Assembly (NCBI GenBank): GCA_043228905.1
Contig: JBHGNT010000049.1
Coordinates: 119,105-183,104, forward strand
Length of the DNA stretch: 64,000 nt
Direction: 5' to 3'
From: Azolla caroliniana
Taxonomy: Eukaryota > Plantae > Polypodiophyta
Shown here: one piece after another, positions 11,052-26,681 of the stretch
Layout: each line of letters opens with the position of its first letter
How positions within the stretch are numbered: position 1 is the first letter of the stretch
Program-made: the position numbers and the translations under genes
Notes under the pieces: model-generated
Databases searched by the model: none
What the model was told of the DNA's origin: nothing
The model's input: the letters and a program-made list of their open reading frames with translations, nothing else

Positions 11052-14000
11052 TTTAATACACACATATTAATACAAACTGACTGAGGTATGGTAAAGGTAC
11101 CATTTTGTGTATATCTGCGGGAAGTGTGACCCTCTAGATCTCAGTATTGGTATCGGTAACGGTCCTTCACAGTAATGGTATTGGTTGCGATATCTGTAAT
11201 GATTCTTCGGAGTAATGCTCTCACTAATGGCCCTTCACAGTGATGCTCACAGAAATGATACTGCTAATGGTATCAGCTAACTATCCTTGGTGACCAATTT
11301 TCTAGACTCATGGTTCTTTCACAGTAATGTCAAGCATTACTGGGAAGCTTTGGAGAGGAGATACTCTTTGCTGGTTTTTGTTTGTGCGAGGGTGTGTGTT
11401 TCCATGGCTTATTCTACCCCGCCTCTATATCTCCATTGTCTTCTTTACATCTTCGTATGCAGTTTTAGGCTATAGCTAACCTTATAGATTCTTCAGATTT
11501 CTTAAATGAATTTTTACAGGTTTAGTTTAGTGTTTTTTAGTTTCCTTTGTTCTGTAAACTTCCTTCTGCTTTCGTTAGCCATTGTGTGTACGAGAGAGCC
11601 TTTTGGAATGCGCTTGTACATATATATTATATATATGCTGAAGCTGATTTAGGAATATGTACACCCTCATATAACTTCTCATACATAACGATCCTTTCTT
11701 TTCTTTTCTTCTTCTTTTCATTTAGCCATTTAGATGTTTTAGGATGTGATAGGCATGGCCTCTCCAGCATGGTTGGTGCCTTGTTTTCCCGCACCATTTG
11801 TTGTATGCTGTACAGGTAGAAGAAGAAGAATCTTGAATCTATTGTATAACATTGTCTCTTTCCTTTGGTTGGTTTAAACTCTGACTTGAATGCATCCTTT
11901 TGTAATGTCAGCGCCAAGTTTGATTTTCATTAATTCTCTTTTGTTGGCTCAGAAACGTAAGCATTAGATAAGGTGTACATAGACATAGCATTTTCCTGCT
12001 ATTGTATTGATCTATCATTTCTCATTCTGAATGTGCCTCCCATATATTTTTTCATATCAAGTAACTTTGTCACCATTCGAAGGTCATATCTTTTAGAGAA
12101 GTAACTATACATATATGCAAATAAGCGACTTCTTTTGAACTTCTCAAAACAATCACCTAAACATCCAGAAGTGTTTAGTTAATTATTTTGTGTAAAATCT
12201 TTAGAGGTAATATGCATGAACCTTAGCTCATTTGTATCCTTGCCATTCATGACCGTGGTCAAATATTTGTGCAAATAATTATGATGATTTGATTTCCTCA
12301 CCATTTTTCATGGTCATTTTCTTAAAGATCAGTTTATCGCTTCATGGCCATATTCTTTTATAGTCATGATGAGATTGTTCAAGGATTCCTTATTGGAATT
12401 TAAATCATCCTCTGGTTACCTGTCATTTATTCATCATTGGATGGTTTTTTTGTTCTAATAGGAAGTTACATTCTTGTCACAGTAGGTTTCATCCTTGCTA
12501 CATTGGTGATGCCTATTAAACTAGTCATATTGCATTGAAGCTGAAAATCTCAACAAGGTTTTGATTTATTAAGCTGGATTTCCTTTTGTGGTTAAACCAA
12601 TAATGCTAAATAATATTCTAGTTTCAGACTTTCTCATTGCATTATCGAAATATTGAACTATAAATTTCCATGGAAAATTGTAGTCAGCTGTGTGAGGAGG
12701 TTGCAATGAGCTTGTTCCTTAATGCTGTTGTTTTCACAAATAATTTCGAGAATCAGCATATGCAACGCTTCCTTGCCATTTCTTTCCATCAAATACTTTG
12801 TTGATCTCCCCCATCTTAATGTGATCCTTATTTTAAACCAGGGTGGTTGTGTTTCAAATCTATATGACAAACATATTCTTGTAGGGAGGGTGGCCCTAGA
12901 TACGGCATTTGACTCTAGGGTAGATTATAATTTATAACAATGTTTGTCAATTCGATTGGAGAGAATACATTGAGATGAGAGTACAACGAAAGTTCTTGTG
13001 ATTCATTGTTTGGTTCACATGTGAGAATATTAGATTTGCAAGCTTAAAAAAGAGTGTTTTGGAGCATCACATTTGAAGGAAACATATGCTTCTAGGAATA
13101 TGCTCCTTGATATATCTAGGAAGAATTAGAGATAGTTTCCTCAATTATGATGAATAAATGTACTATCTTCTGTGTTGTATGTGTTTGCATCACCACAATT
13201 TTCTATTTTCTATAAATAGACCCTTGAACAACTAGGTATGGCAATGGAATGGGGATGTTCATGACAGTCAACCCTTACTACATAAATAATGTACCCATAT
13301 ACAACATTTTAGAAGGTTTACCTTGCCATAAGATTTTGATTTGAGGACAAGAAGAGTTTTTTTGAAGTTTCATGATTTAATATTACCAATATTTTTATGG
13401 AAAGAGAATGTAGATCAACATTGAAGAGCAAACCAAGTGTGGGTGGAGCCAAGAAATGCCTAAAAATCATGTATATAATAGTGTGTTGATGTAGTTGATT
13501 ACATATATGTTAGTTTTGGCCATGTGTTGGCATATAGTGTGAGACTAATGTAAATATAAGATGATCTAGGGAAAGACCATTTGGGCTGGCCTAGTGTGAA
13601 CCCTTCAAGATTAATTGTATCTATGAGAGTCATAGTGATTGGAGGGTTGTTGGTCTTCTTTGAGTTGAAGTATCATAAAATTAAGAAATGAGTGTGAAAG
13701 AGAATTCTTGTACGAGATCTTGTACCTACTATTACAGCTAGTACATCTACCATTTTTGGCATTGTGGATTGGATTGGTGTATGTAATGTCTTGTTGTCTC
13801 TTTGAGTGCGGTTCTCTTATTCCCACTGAAGAGTCTCGATAACCTTTAAATAATTAAGGAATAATTGTGAGTTTTGTGATAGGTTAAATTGATTTCCTAA
13901 TTCCTTTTCCTTTTATACAAGTGCACAAAGAGTTTTATTAAAAACTATCTTGATTACTTGAAGCTCGTAAGATCTTGACAAGCTCCTTCACCCATCTCAC

Positions 14001-15388
14001 ATACAATAGAGTATAGATGGTTAGACCCCAAAGAATGACCTCAGTTGGAAAATAACTACATGCCAAGTAAAGAAAAATGCTTGGAGGAACTATTTAGCTC
14101 TTCTGGTTGGAATTGGTGTCATCCCAAGACATTCTCATATTGATGGTGTTGCTTATGTTTCTCCCAACTTCAATTTCATCAACTTTTCTTGGGCATCATG
14201 TAGGTTCGCTTTGCGACTTCCACAACTCTCTCATTTGAAGGCCGCAACACCTTTGGAAGAAGTTGGAGGTGTGAAACCTTAATGCTTCTTTTACGCAGAA
14301 GGCCGCTTCATTGGTGGTGTCCAAGTCCTTCAAGTACTCCTTTTCCCGACATTCCATGATGTTGCACACCTATTTCACAAGTGTGGGCATAAGTGAGATA
14401 GAAAGATATGTATAGGGATATTAGTAAACATAAAGCATGAACCCTAAGCAACCTCATGTGGTCACCGATATTTAGAAATCAACAATGGTTCGATTTCATC
14501 CGATCAACGAAACTGTTGAGAATCAAGCTCAACTTGGTCTAGTGTGTGAACTCACCTTCAGAGTGAATAGACACTCTAACGGTCAAGAGTCACCATTAAG
14601 TCACCACTTTGTATTCTAGCATTTAGTATGAGTCATAGAATCATATTCTATGACACATAGCTTATGAGCTTTCACATTCCCCATGCTCCATGAGTCTTGT
14701 AGTTAATGAAGAGAAAGGGTGACTATATAAAGCACCCTCCTCCCACCTTGTATAATGTTGAGTCTTTCTCCTTTCTTAATATACTTTACTTTGCGTATTC
14801 TTTGTGTCTTACTCCTCGTCTCTCTCACTCACTCACTCACTCACTCTCATACACACACACACACACACACACACAGTTCACACCTATTCTGCTACACAAG
14901 AATCATACCCGATTCTTTACATGGTATCAGAGCGATTTGGTAGCTCCATCTAGCCCATCTGCATGTGTTGAGCTCTACGCCGACGTTCAAGAAGAACCGG
15001 CTCATCGCAGGCTATAAAGCCGATCGACGATCAACCTCCAGATTTGTCTTCTCGCTAGGTAGCGGAGCAATATCTTGGAGAAGTAAGAAGCAGCCTATTG
15101 TCGCACTTTCAAGTACGGAGGCCGAATACAAGGGCGCAACTGTAGCTGCATGTGAAGCCATATGGCTCAAGAGGATTTTGAAGGATCTGGGTGTCCCCAT
15201 CAAGGATCCGACTCCCATTTACTGCGACAACATGAGCAGTATATATATCTGTCTCGGAACCCGGTGTTCCACGCACGCACAAAACATATTGAAGTGCATT
15301 ATCACTTCATTCAAGAGTGCGTATAGGCCGGAGATGTTAACCTTCAACACATCAACACAAATCTCCAAACGGCCAACATCTTCACTAA

Positions 15389-15890
15389 TGTTAGGAAATA
15401 GGTCCCTCCGGATGGGAAGTTGAGAAGAACCGTGTTGATGAGCAACTCGGCCGAGGCCAAAACCAGAAATCGTGGAGATAGCTAACCCGGAAGGCTAAAC
15501 TTGTAAATAGTCGAAAGGTTATATTAGTATATAAGCACTTACGGCAATCATGTTAAATGTGCGCGTTATTGTAAAGTTACTCTGTATGAGGTTGTTGTCT
15601 CTGTGACTATGAGAGTGAACGAGCGTAGTGGAAGCGTGTGAGCTCCATAGCCGCCTGTTCGCGAAGCCGGATCTCGAGGTCGTTGCCTCTAAGATCTCTG
15701 ATTGTATTCCTTTTTCTCATAGTGTTCTGTTTCGGAGTTTGTGGACTCCACGTGGTTTTTCCCAGTTCGGGTTTCCACGTCAAAATCTATGTCATTCTCA
15801 GCTTTTGTATTCTGTTTTTCTTTTCCATTAGATTGACTATTATTCCGCACAAGAGAAATCGGTTGTAGCTGGCAACGATTTTAACGTTCA
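15389..15890. mobile_element. Solo LTR (~502 bp) inserted in the RNase H remnant
   Basis: TG...CA ends; TSD ACTAA (15384-15388) / ACTCA (15891-15895); removing it restores FTKALG. Confidence 0.75.
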
Positions 15891-16229
15891 ACTCAAGCCT
15901 TAGGAGTCGACAAGCTATGGCAATTCATGACTGATCTCGGATTGACAATCCCTGACTTGCCAAGCTTGAGGGGGAGTACTGAAGACACTACGCAATAACG
16001 TGTGGATTCCACAACCTAGCAACGAAGCCACGAAGAGCCAATCTACCTCGTAAAGCCGCGAAGAAAGACGGAAGCCGAAGCACAGACTTTGCAACTACAC
16101 CCAATGCAAGCTCGAGCACGGATTTCCGCAACTTTGCATAGATGTGAGTCGACACGGACTCTAGAACGCGAGTCGAAGCAGATTTCGGATACCATTTGAA
16201 ACCGACCTGACTAGAGCTTGAGGGGGCGT

Positions 16230-18546
16230 TGTCATGATGTGGCGTGCTCAACAGTGGGAAAAACCGGCGAAAGAGGGGGGGGGGGGGTCAAAATGTGCAT
16301 GTGCAATGTGTGTGCACACAAAGGCGATTAATTGTGCACATGAAAAAGAAAAGGGAAAGGAAAGGCCGGAAAGGATGCATGGAAGCTCGTGTAAAAAGTA
16401 AGAGAGAGGAGAGATAAAAGGTAGAGGGGAGACATGCTATAAATTTATAGAAATAGAATTATATATTATATAAGAGAGAGTTAATGGGCTAGTGGATAGT
16501 CACATTGACTTTTAGCTAGAAGTGCACGGTTCAAATCTAGTCTTATAGTGCAATGTGATTTAAGGAATCTTATTCCTTTTTCATTGAAGACAAAATTGGC
16601 GACCGCCCTTCCTTTTTTTCCTATAAAAGGAGGTCGAGGGTGGCTCATTTGAGGAAGACGTTTTGGGAGGAGGAGACTATCACCAATTTTCCTTCGGAGC
16701 TCTTCATCTTCTTATTCACCACTTCTCTTCATCTCATACCCCTTCATCCCCCCTTTGCCACGTGCTCGTCTTCTTCGCATCGGCACTCGAAGTGCTCGTG
16801 AGCTAAAGCTTCGTTGGTTTGACGTTGCGAGCCCTGTTCGTCGTTGTAAGCCCGTGTGCTCGTCGTTCAGGTGGTCATGGCTCGTTGGGATTGACATTTA
16901 GGTGGTGCTTGCGTGTTCATCTTCGCCGTGTTCGGATTTGCTCTTGTCTCTAAGGGCATTTAGTATTTATGTTTTGATTGAGCTTGTGGTTAACTATAAG
17001 TTGCCATTGTAATCAAACCCTATTTTATAAAGGGTCCTCTTGCATTGGAATCAAACACGTGTTTATTTCTTTGGCCGATATCATTCGTGTTTCTTTATTT
17101 CATTCTTTCTTTGTTCGTGTCTTCCTTGTACGTTCAGCCGTCTTGTGACGAGGAACCGTTTCGGGTTTGCCCATGCACCTCTCCTCCTCATAAAGGCGTA
17201 CGAGCATTTTGTGTGTGTTTGTGTCTTCCTTGTACGTTCGATCGTCTTGTGACGAGGGACCGTTTCGGGCTTGCCCATGCACCTCTCCTCCTCATAAAGG
17301 CATACGAGCATTTGTGTGTGTGTTTGTGTCTTCCTTGTATGTTCGGCCGTCTTATGACGAGGGAGCGTTTCGGGCGTGCCCATGCACCTCTCCTCCTCAT
17401 AAAGACGTACGAGCATTTGTGTGTGTGTTTGTGTCTTCCTTGTATGTTAAGTCGTCTTGTGACGAGGGACCGTTTCGGGTTTGCCCATGCACCTCTTCTC
17501 CTCATAAAGGCGTACGAGCATTTTGTGCGTGTGTTTGTGTCTTCCTTGTACGTTCAATCGTCTTGTGACAAGGGACCGTTTCGGGCTTGCCCATGCACCT
17601 CTCCTCCTCATAAAGGCGTACGAGCATTTGTGCGTGGGTTTGTGTCTTCCTTGTACGTTCGGTCGTCTTGTGACGAGGGAGCGTTTCGGGTGTGCCCATG
17701 CACCTCTCCTCCTCATAAAGACGTACGAGCATTTGTGCGTGTGTTTGTGTCTTCCTTGTACGTTCGGCCGTCTCGTGACGAGGGACCGTTTCGGGCTTGC
17801 CCATGCACCTCTCCTCCTCATAAAGGTGTACGAGCATTTCGTGCGTGTGTTTGTGTCTTCCTCGTACGTTCGGCCGTCTCGTGACGAGGGAATGTTTCGG
17901 GCGTGCCCATGCACCTCTCCTCCTCATAAAGGTGTACGAGCATTTCGTGCGTGTGTTTGTGTCTTCCTTGTACGTTCGGCCGTCTCGTGACGAGGGACCG
18001 TTTCGGGCTTGCCCATGCACCTCTCCTCCTCATAAAGGTGTACGAGCATTTCGTGCGTGTGTTTGTGTCTTCCTTGTACGTTCGGCCGTCTCGTGACGAG
18101 GGAATGTTTCGGGCGTGCCCATGCACCTCTCCTCCTCATAAAGGCATATGAGCATTTGTGCGTGTGTTTTGTGTCTTCCTCGTACGTTCGATGTCTTGTG
18201 ACGAGGGAGCGTTCGAACGTACCCATGCACCTCTCCTCCTCATAAAGACGTACGGGCATTCGTGTTTGTGTTATCGTCCCCTTGTACGTTCATCTTGCGT
18301 GCTCATCCTGCTTGTACTCGTTTGATCACTTGGCTCGTGCGGTGATCTCGAAAGGTTGACGAGTCGTGATCAACGAGAGCCACCGGCCTCACAAAACAAA
18401 GGGCAACGAGACCTTGCTCGGGAAGGGGTCGGGAAGTAGTATTGTCGTAAAGCAAACCTCGGGTCTTCTCTATCCCTTGAGTACTCCCTAGTCCAAGACC
18501 CCCGTGGTCCCGCCCAAGTAACACACGCATGCGAAACTTCGCGACA
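16230..18546 (+). mobile_element. Large solo-LTR-like insertion (2317 bp) carrying a tandem array
   Basis: Termini TGTCATGA...TCGCGACA (imperfect inverted repeat); 4-bp TSD GCGT at 16226-16229 and 18547-18550; TATA-like CTATAAAAGG at ~16622; no credible protein. Confidence 0.75.
17110..18295. repeat. 104-106-bp tandem repeat, 11 copies plus a partial
   Basis: GTGTCTTCCT recurs at 17117, 17221, 17326, 17431, 17537, 17642, 17747, 17853, 17959, 18065 and 18171. Confidence 0.97.
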
Positions 18547-20051
18547 GCGTGTTGAGAATCAAGCTCAACTTGGTTTAGTGTGTGAACTCACCTTCAGAGT
18601 GAATAGACACTCCAACGGTCAAGAGTCACCATTAAGTCACCACTTTGTATTCTAGCATTTAGTATGAGTCATAGAATCATATTTTATGACACATAACTTA
18701 GCTTTCACATTCCCCATGCTCCATGAGTCTTGTAGTTAATGAAGAGAGAGGGTGACTATATAAAGCACCCTCCTCCCACCTTGTATAATGTTGAGTCTTT
18801 CTCCTTTCTTAATATACTTTACTTTGCGTATTCTCTGTGTCTTACTCCTCGTCTCTCTTGCTCTCTCTGTCTCTGTCTCTGTCTCTGTCTCTCTGTCTCT
18901 CTCTCATACACACACACAATTCACACCTATTCTGCTACACAAGAATCATACCCGATTCTTTACATGTGTAAATCCTTTACTCGATACATCGGCACCACTT
19001 GATTGACGGGCTAACTACATACATCATCGCCACAAGATAACTCACCATCACCACCATAACATGATTGACTAAATATAGACTTACATTGAATAAATTACCT
19101 CCACCCAACTAAGTTACTTCATACATATAACCGCCACTGGAGATAAACCACCAATGGACTACATATATACATCACTGCCACCACTTGACTAATTGATTTG
19201 ATCGACTACATTAATACATACATATAACCTTCACCAGAAACGTCATTACGACACGAATGACTCCATGATTACATATATAACCTTCATAAGAATCATCATC
19301 GTCACCACAGATAACCTTCAGTGGAAACACCATGACTTGACTAAGTGAATATATACATACATACATAACCATCACCACCACCTAGCTAGGTGGTTAGTAA
19401 TTACATGAATATAACCATCACCCCACGACTCGTGGTTATTAATTAACGAGGCACAAAACCTTCATAAGATAAATCACCACCACCTGACCAGCTAAATACA
19501 TAACCTTCACCACCCACATTACTTACCATCGTGCGACTGGCGGACCAATTGATTATGTACAAGTAAGCTCTCATCTGAGACATCAACGCTACTTGATTGA
19601 GGTGATTCTATACATACATACATAACATAGCCATCACCATATGCATCAGCACGGGCGCCACGACGAGAACCACCATTCGGATTGATGGATCAACTGATTG
19701 CATATATGTACATATATAACCTTCATGAGTAGTACTACCACCATAGTAAGTATCGTGATGATCATCAGGAGAAGACAATATGGTGTGTTTAAGTTAAAAG
19801 TAAAAAAGATATGAGTGAGGATTAGAGAAGAAAAAGCTATGAAAGGAATAAAAGCTAAAAGAAAGCATTGCATAATATCCAATCCATCCGATGAATAATA
19901 TAATTAAGTAAATAAATAAATAATTAAATAATTAAGTAAATAATTTGGAGTGCTTTTTTTCTAGGTCTTCTTCTTCTTCTTCTTCTTCTTCTTCGCAGAA
20001 ATCAGAACACAGACACGCCATCGCCATCGCCAGACCTTCTCTCTCCCAGCC

Positions 20052-23680
<3,629 letters not shown>

Positions 23681-24224
23681 AATTCAGTGAGAACTGTTTC
23701 TCATTGCGTTCATTTTCTTTTCACTGTTATTAGCATCACATATTTGGCAATTATCTCACCATATATTTAACATCACATATGGTGACTATTAATTTAGCAT
23801 TACATATTGTGACAACTATTTTTAGCATCACCCAAATGGGTATCCACACTAATTTTGGCATCACATATTGCGAATTAGTAGTGGAATCATGTATATAATT
23901 TGGATTGATTGTTGTATTTTCTGCTGGTTTGTACAGTAGGTGACAATATTTCTGACATTTTGTATGTCCATCAATGTTATTTGATCTTTTATGTAATATT
24001 ATGCATATGTACTTCAGTAAAAACCACCATTACAACCATTTAATCCTCTCTATTAAGGTAGAGGAACATTCTCTAAAACCATCAAAAAATTTAAGTATAC
24101 AGTTGAGAAAACATGCCAAAAAGTGCCACATAAAAATACCTTTCAACTTCCTAATATATGCTTTGACTCCATGTCTACCATCAAATATGAAAGGATTACA
24201 TAATTTCCAATTCAATTATGTTCT

Positions 24225-24229
24225 CTCTG

Positions 24230-24278
<49 letters not shown>
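24225..24278. repeat. (CT)n microsatellite
   Basis: Run of CT dinucleotides with a few CTGT interruptions. Confidence 0.9.
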
Positions 24279-24280
<2 letters not shown>

Positions 24281-24749
24281 TCAAGAATACATTGTGGCAT
24301 TGTCATCACTCTTAAGCATTGTTTCTTCAAATCTATTGTATTCTTGTTCCCTCTTTTTGTGTTTTTTGTAATTTTTACCAACAAAGGAACAAATCACTAA
24401 GGTATGTTAGTGTGCCTATATTTTATATTCTAAAACTAGAATTTGAGATGGTCATTTTGAGTACTTGCATGTGCTTAAATCAAACATATAAGGTAACATA
24501 TATGAGCAAGAAAACCTAAAGTAGAATTGGGATATTGAACTAAACATTGCTTATAGAAATTTGATATAGCATCCAACATGGCTTGAAGGGCATCAAAGGT
24601 TTTTGATGAGGTGTTGGAACATCTTCGTGGAAGGTCACATTCCTTGTCCATTGAAACAATTGCACGTTTGCAACCATTTGTGTGTTTTTACAAGAAACAA
24701 TGATGAAATTGCAAAATAGAGTTCATCCTTGTAATGAGAGGGAATGATG

Positions 24750-26681
24750 CTTCAACATGCAATGGATTTGCAATAAATGGAGGTAAAATATTTGAAAGAG
24801 TTACATGCTATGAACAAAATAGCATTGCAAATCCAAGATACTCTTGAGACAAAGGCCAAAATGACAATCTTAGAAGCCCAAAAAGAATCACTGATCAAAG
24901 TAACTGTTGAGATGAAATCTAACCTTGAGGCGAATGCGTACCCCAATCTATTTCTAAGAATGTGTTAGATGCCAAAGAGCTATATGAAAGAGAGAAACAA
25001 ACGCAAAATATTGTTATTAGAGAGATACAAGAACAACAATCAAACAATGCACTCTCCCTTGCTGGGAACATCACAAAACTCTTTGAAGATTGTTTTGCTA
25101 TGTGTGATATTATGATATATAGAGCAAATAGAATTGGTCAGAAGCAATAAGAAAGAGGATCATCTTGAGCTATTGTTTGCATAATCTTAAACGATAGGAA
25201 AAGAGGTTTCATCTTAGATAGTAACAAGGTGTATCTAAAAGGTACAAACTTATTTGTATCAAATTAAACCCTAATGGAGCAAGAATGATGAAGGCAAGCC
25301 TATGCAACTAGAAAGGGAACTAATCATGCATGGCAAGTGATGACCTATACAACTTCCTCAAGTTTGAAATTCATGTTTTGGAATTGTAGAGAATAAATGT
25401 GGAATAAAGGCTTGGGAATAAGTGATGTAGCTCGTGATGTAGATATGATATTTCCCAGTGATACTTGAGAACATGAAGCTAACTGTATACCTAATGTTGA
25501 TGGCTACATTATTAAATGTATATGGCCCCGCACTAAAGTATGATGAATACAAAAGATATATGTGGGTTGAAGTAACATTATGTGAAGACTAACTCTATAT
25601 GGCATGTTGTTACATTCCTTATAGAGAACACAACTACTATAATTTGTGGTTGAGTTAGATCATGATGATCCATTTATTTATGTATGTGATGACATTCTTA
25701 TATATTAGATGAATGGAAAAGTGTTGTTTGTGGGAGATTAAATGTTAGAGTTGGAGCTGATCAAAATGCGAAAGTTGATAATACTGCAACAGTGTCATAT
25801 TTGATGCATCCCTCAAAAGACTGTATTATGTCAAGTTATGGTGGGCTTCTTATACACAGGCTTAAATGCACAAATATATATTTTTTATCAATGGTACCCA
25901 TGTGCTTCTAATGACAAAAGTTTTGACATGTCTTTGAGCTTCCGGAGGTGTAGTTGATTATGTTTTCGTTAAAGAATGTGATGCATCAATTGTGGATTGA
26001 CCAATGCATTAGAGTACATTATGTGATCTCACAATGCAAAAACTAATCTATATGCAAATACGGTTTAGGGTTATGTCATGAACCCCTCCCTTAGTAAATA
26101 CGTTAAAATAAACTGGGAGCAATTGAAGGATGTCATTCTCAAAGTAGGGTATTAATATTTTAGTGCATGTGTAGGTGGGTATTGGGTGCTTAGTTCCCCA
26201 TGTAATGTTTGGCATGATGAAGAATGCAAGGCTCATCTCAAAATGTTCAAGCTTGCAAAAGATAAAAATTAGAAATCCCTAATATTGTATTAATATTGAA
26301 GAATGGTGAGGAGGCAGAAGAGGCATATCATTAAATGCAAGAGAAGAAGAAAAAGAAATTGTTTAAACTCCAACCAAGGTTATCATGGAGACAAGTCAAG
26401 CGGAAAAAGGAAGTTATAATTGGTGAATTCACCAATATTTATGTAAGCTTTATGTGCTTGATGCCTATTACAACGAGTATTGAAACACTATATGAGGCAT
26501 GTGTATCTATTGAATATGTTAATAGAGAGGCGAAAAGGATGTCTAATGGCAAAGCAACAAATGCAACTTTAATTGCAAGTGAGCTCTTTAAATGGACAAG
26601 ACCACAAACTTATCATTCGAAACCATAACATGTCAAGCCATCAAGGAAGGTTTCCCAGAAGATAGGTGTTAGAATTGGATT
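24750..26681 (+). mobile_element. Decayed LINE, 5' part (ORF1-like coiled coil, endonuclease remnants), split by the Copia at 26682
   Basis: ELYEREKQTQNIVIRE, CCYIP, FVGDL fragments; GFPED..NW joins IKPIHKGGD after removing the Copia. Confidence 0.6.

Larger units (their letters stand above)
14514..18964 (+). mobile_element. Non-autonomous Ty1/copia derivative (LTRs 14514-14921 and 18550-18964) with two nested solo LTRs
   Basis: Near-identical LTRs TGTTGAGAATC...TTCTTTACA; PBS TGGTATCAGAGCGA at 14922-14935; only an RNase H fragment remains (DRRSTS..SWRSKKQPIVALSSTEAEY..CDN); PPT-like TTGAGGGGGCG at ~16218-16228. Confidence 0.9.

Noticed and set aside
17110-18295. 105-bp repeat as a CRISPR array, hammerhead retrozyme or repeat protein
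   Set aside because: No unique spacers. The minus strand has stem-GAAAC but lacks a correctly placed CUGANGA core. ORFs shift frame with the 104-106-bp period.
19000-19770. Repeated ATATAACC/CACCAC motifs upstream of the protease
   Set aside because: Irregular low-complexity degenerate repeats with no definable unit.
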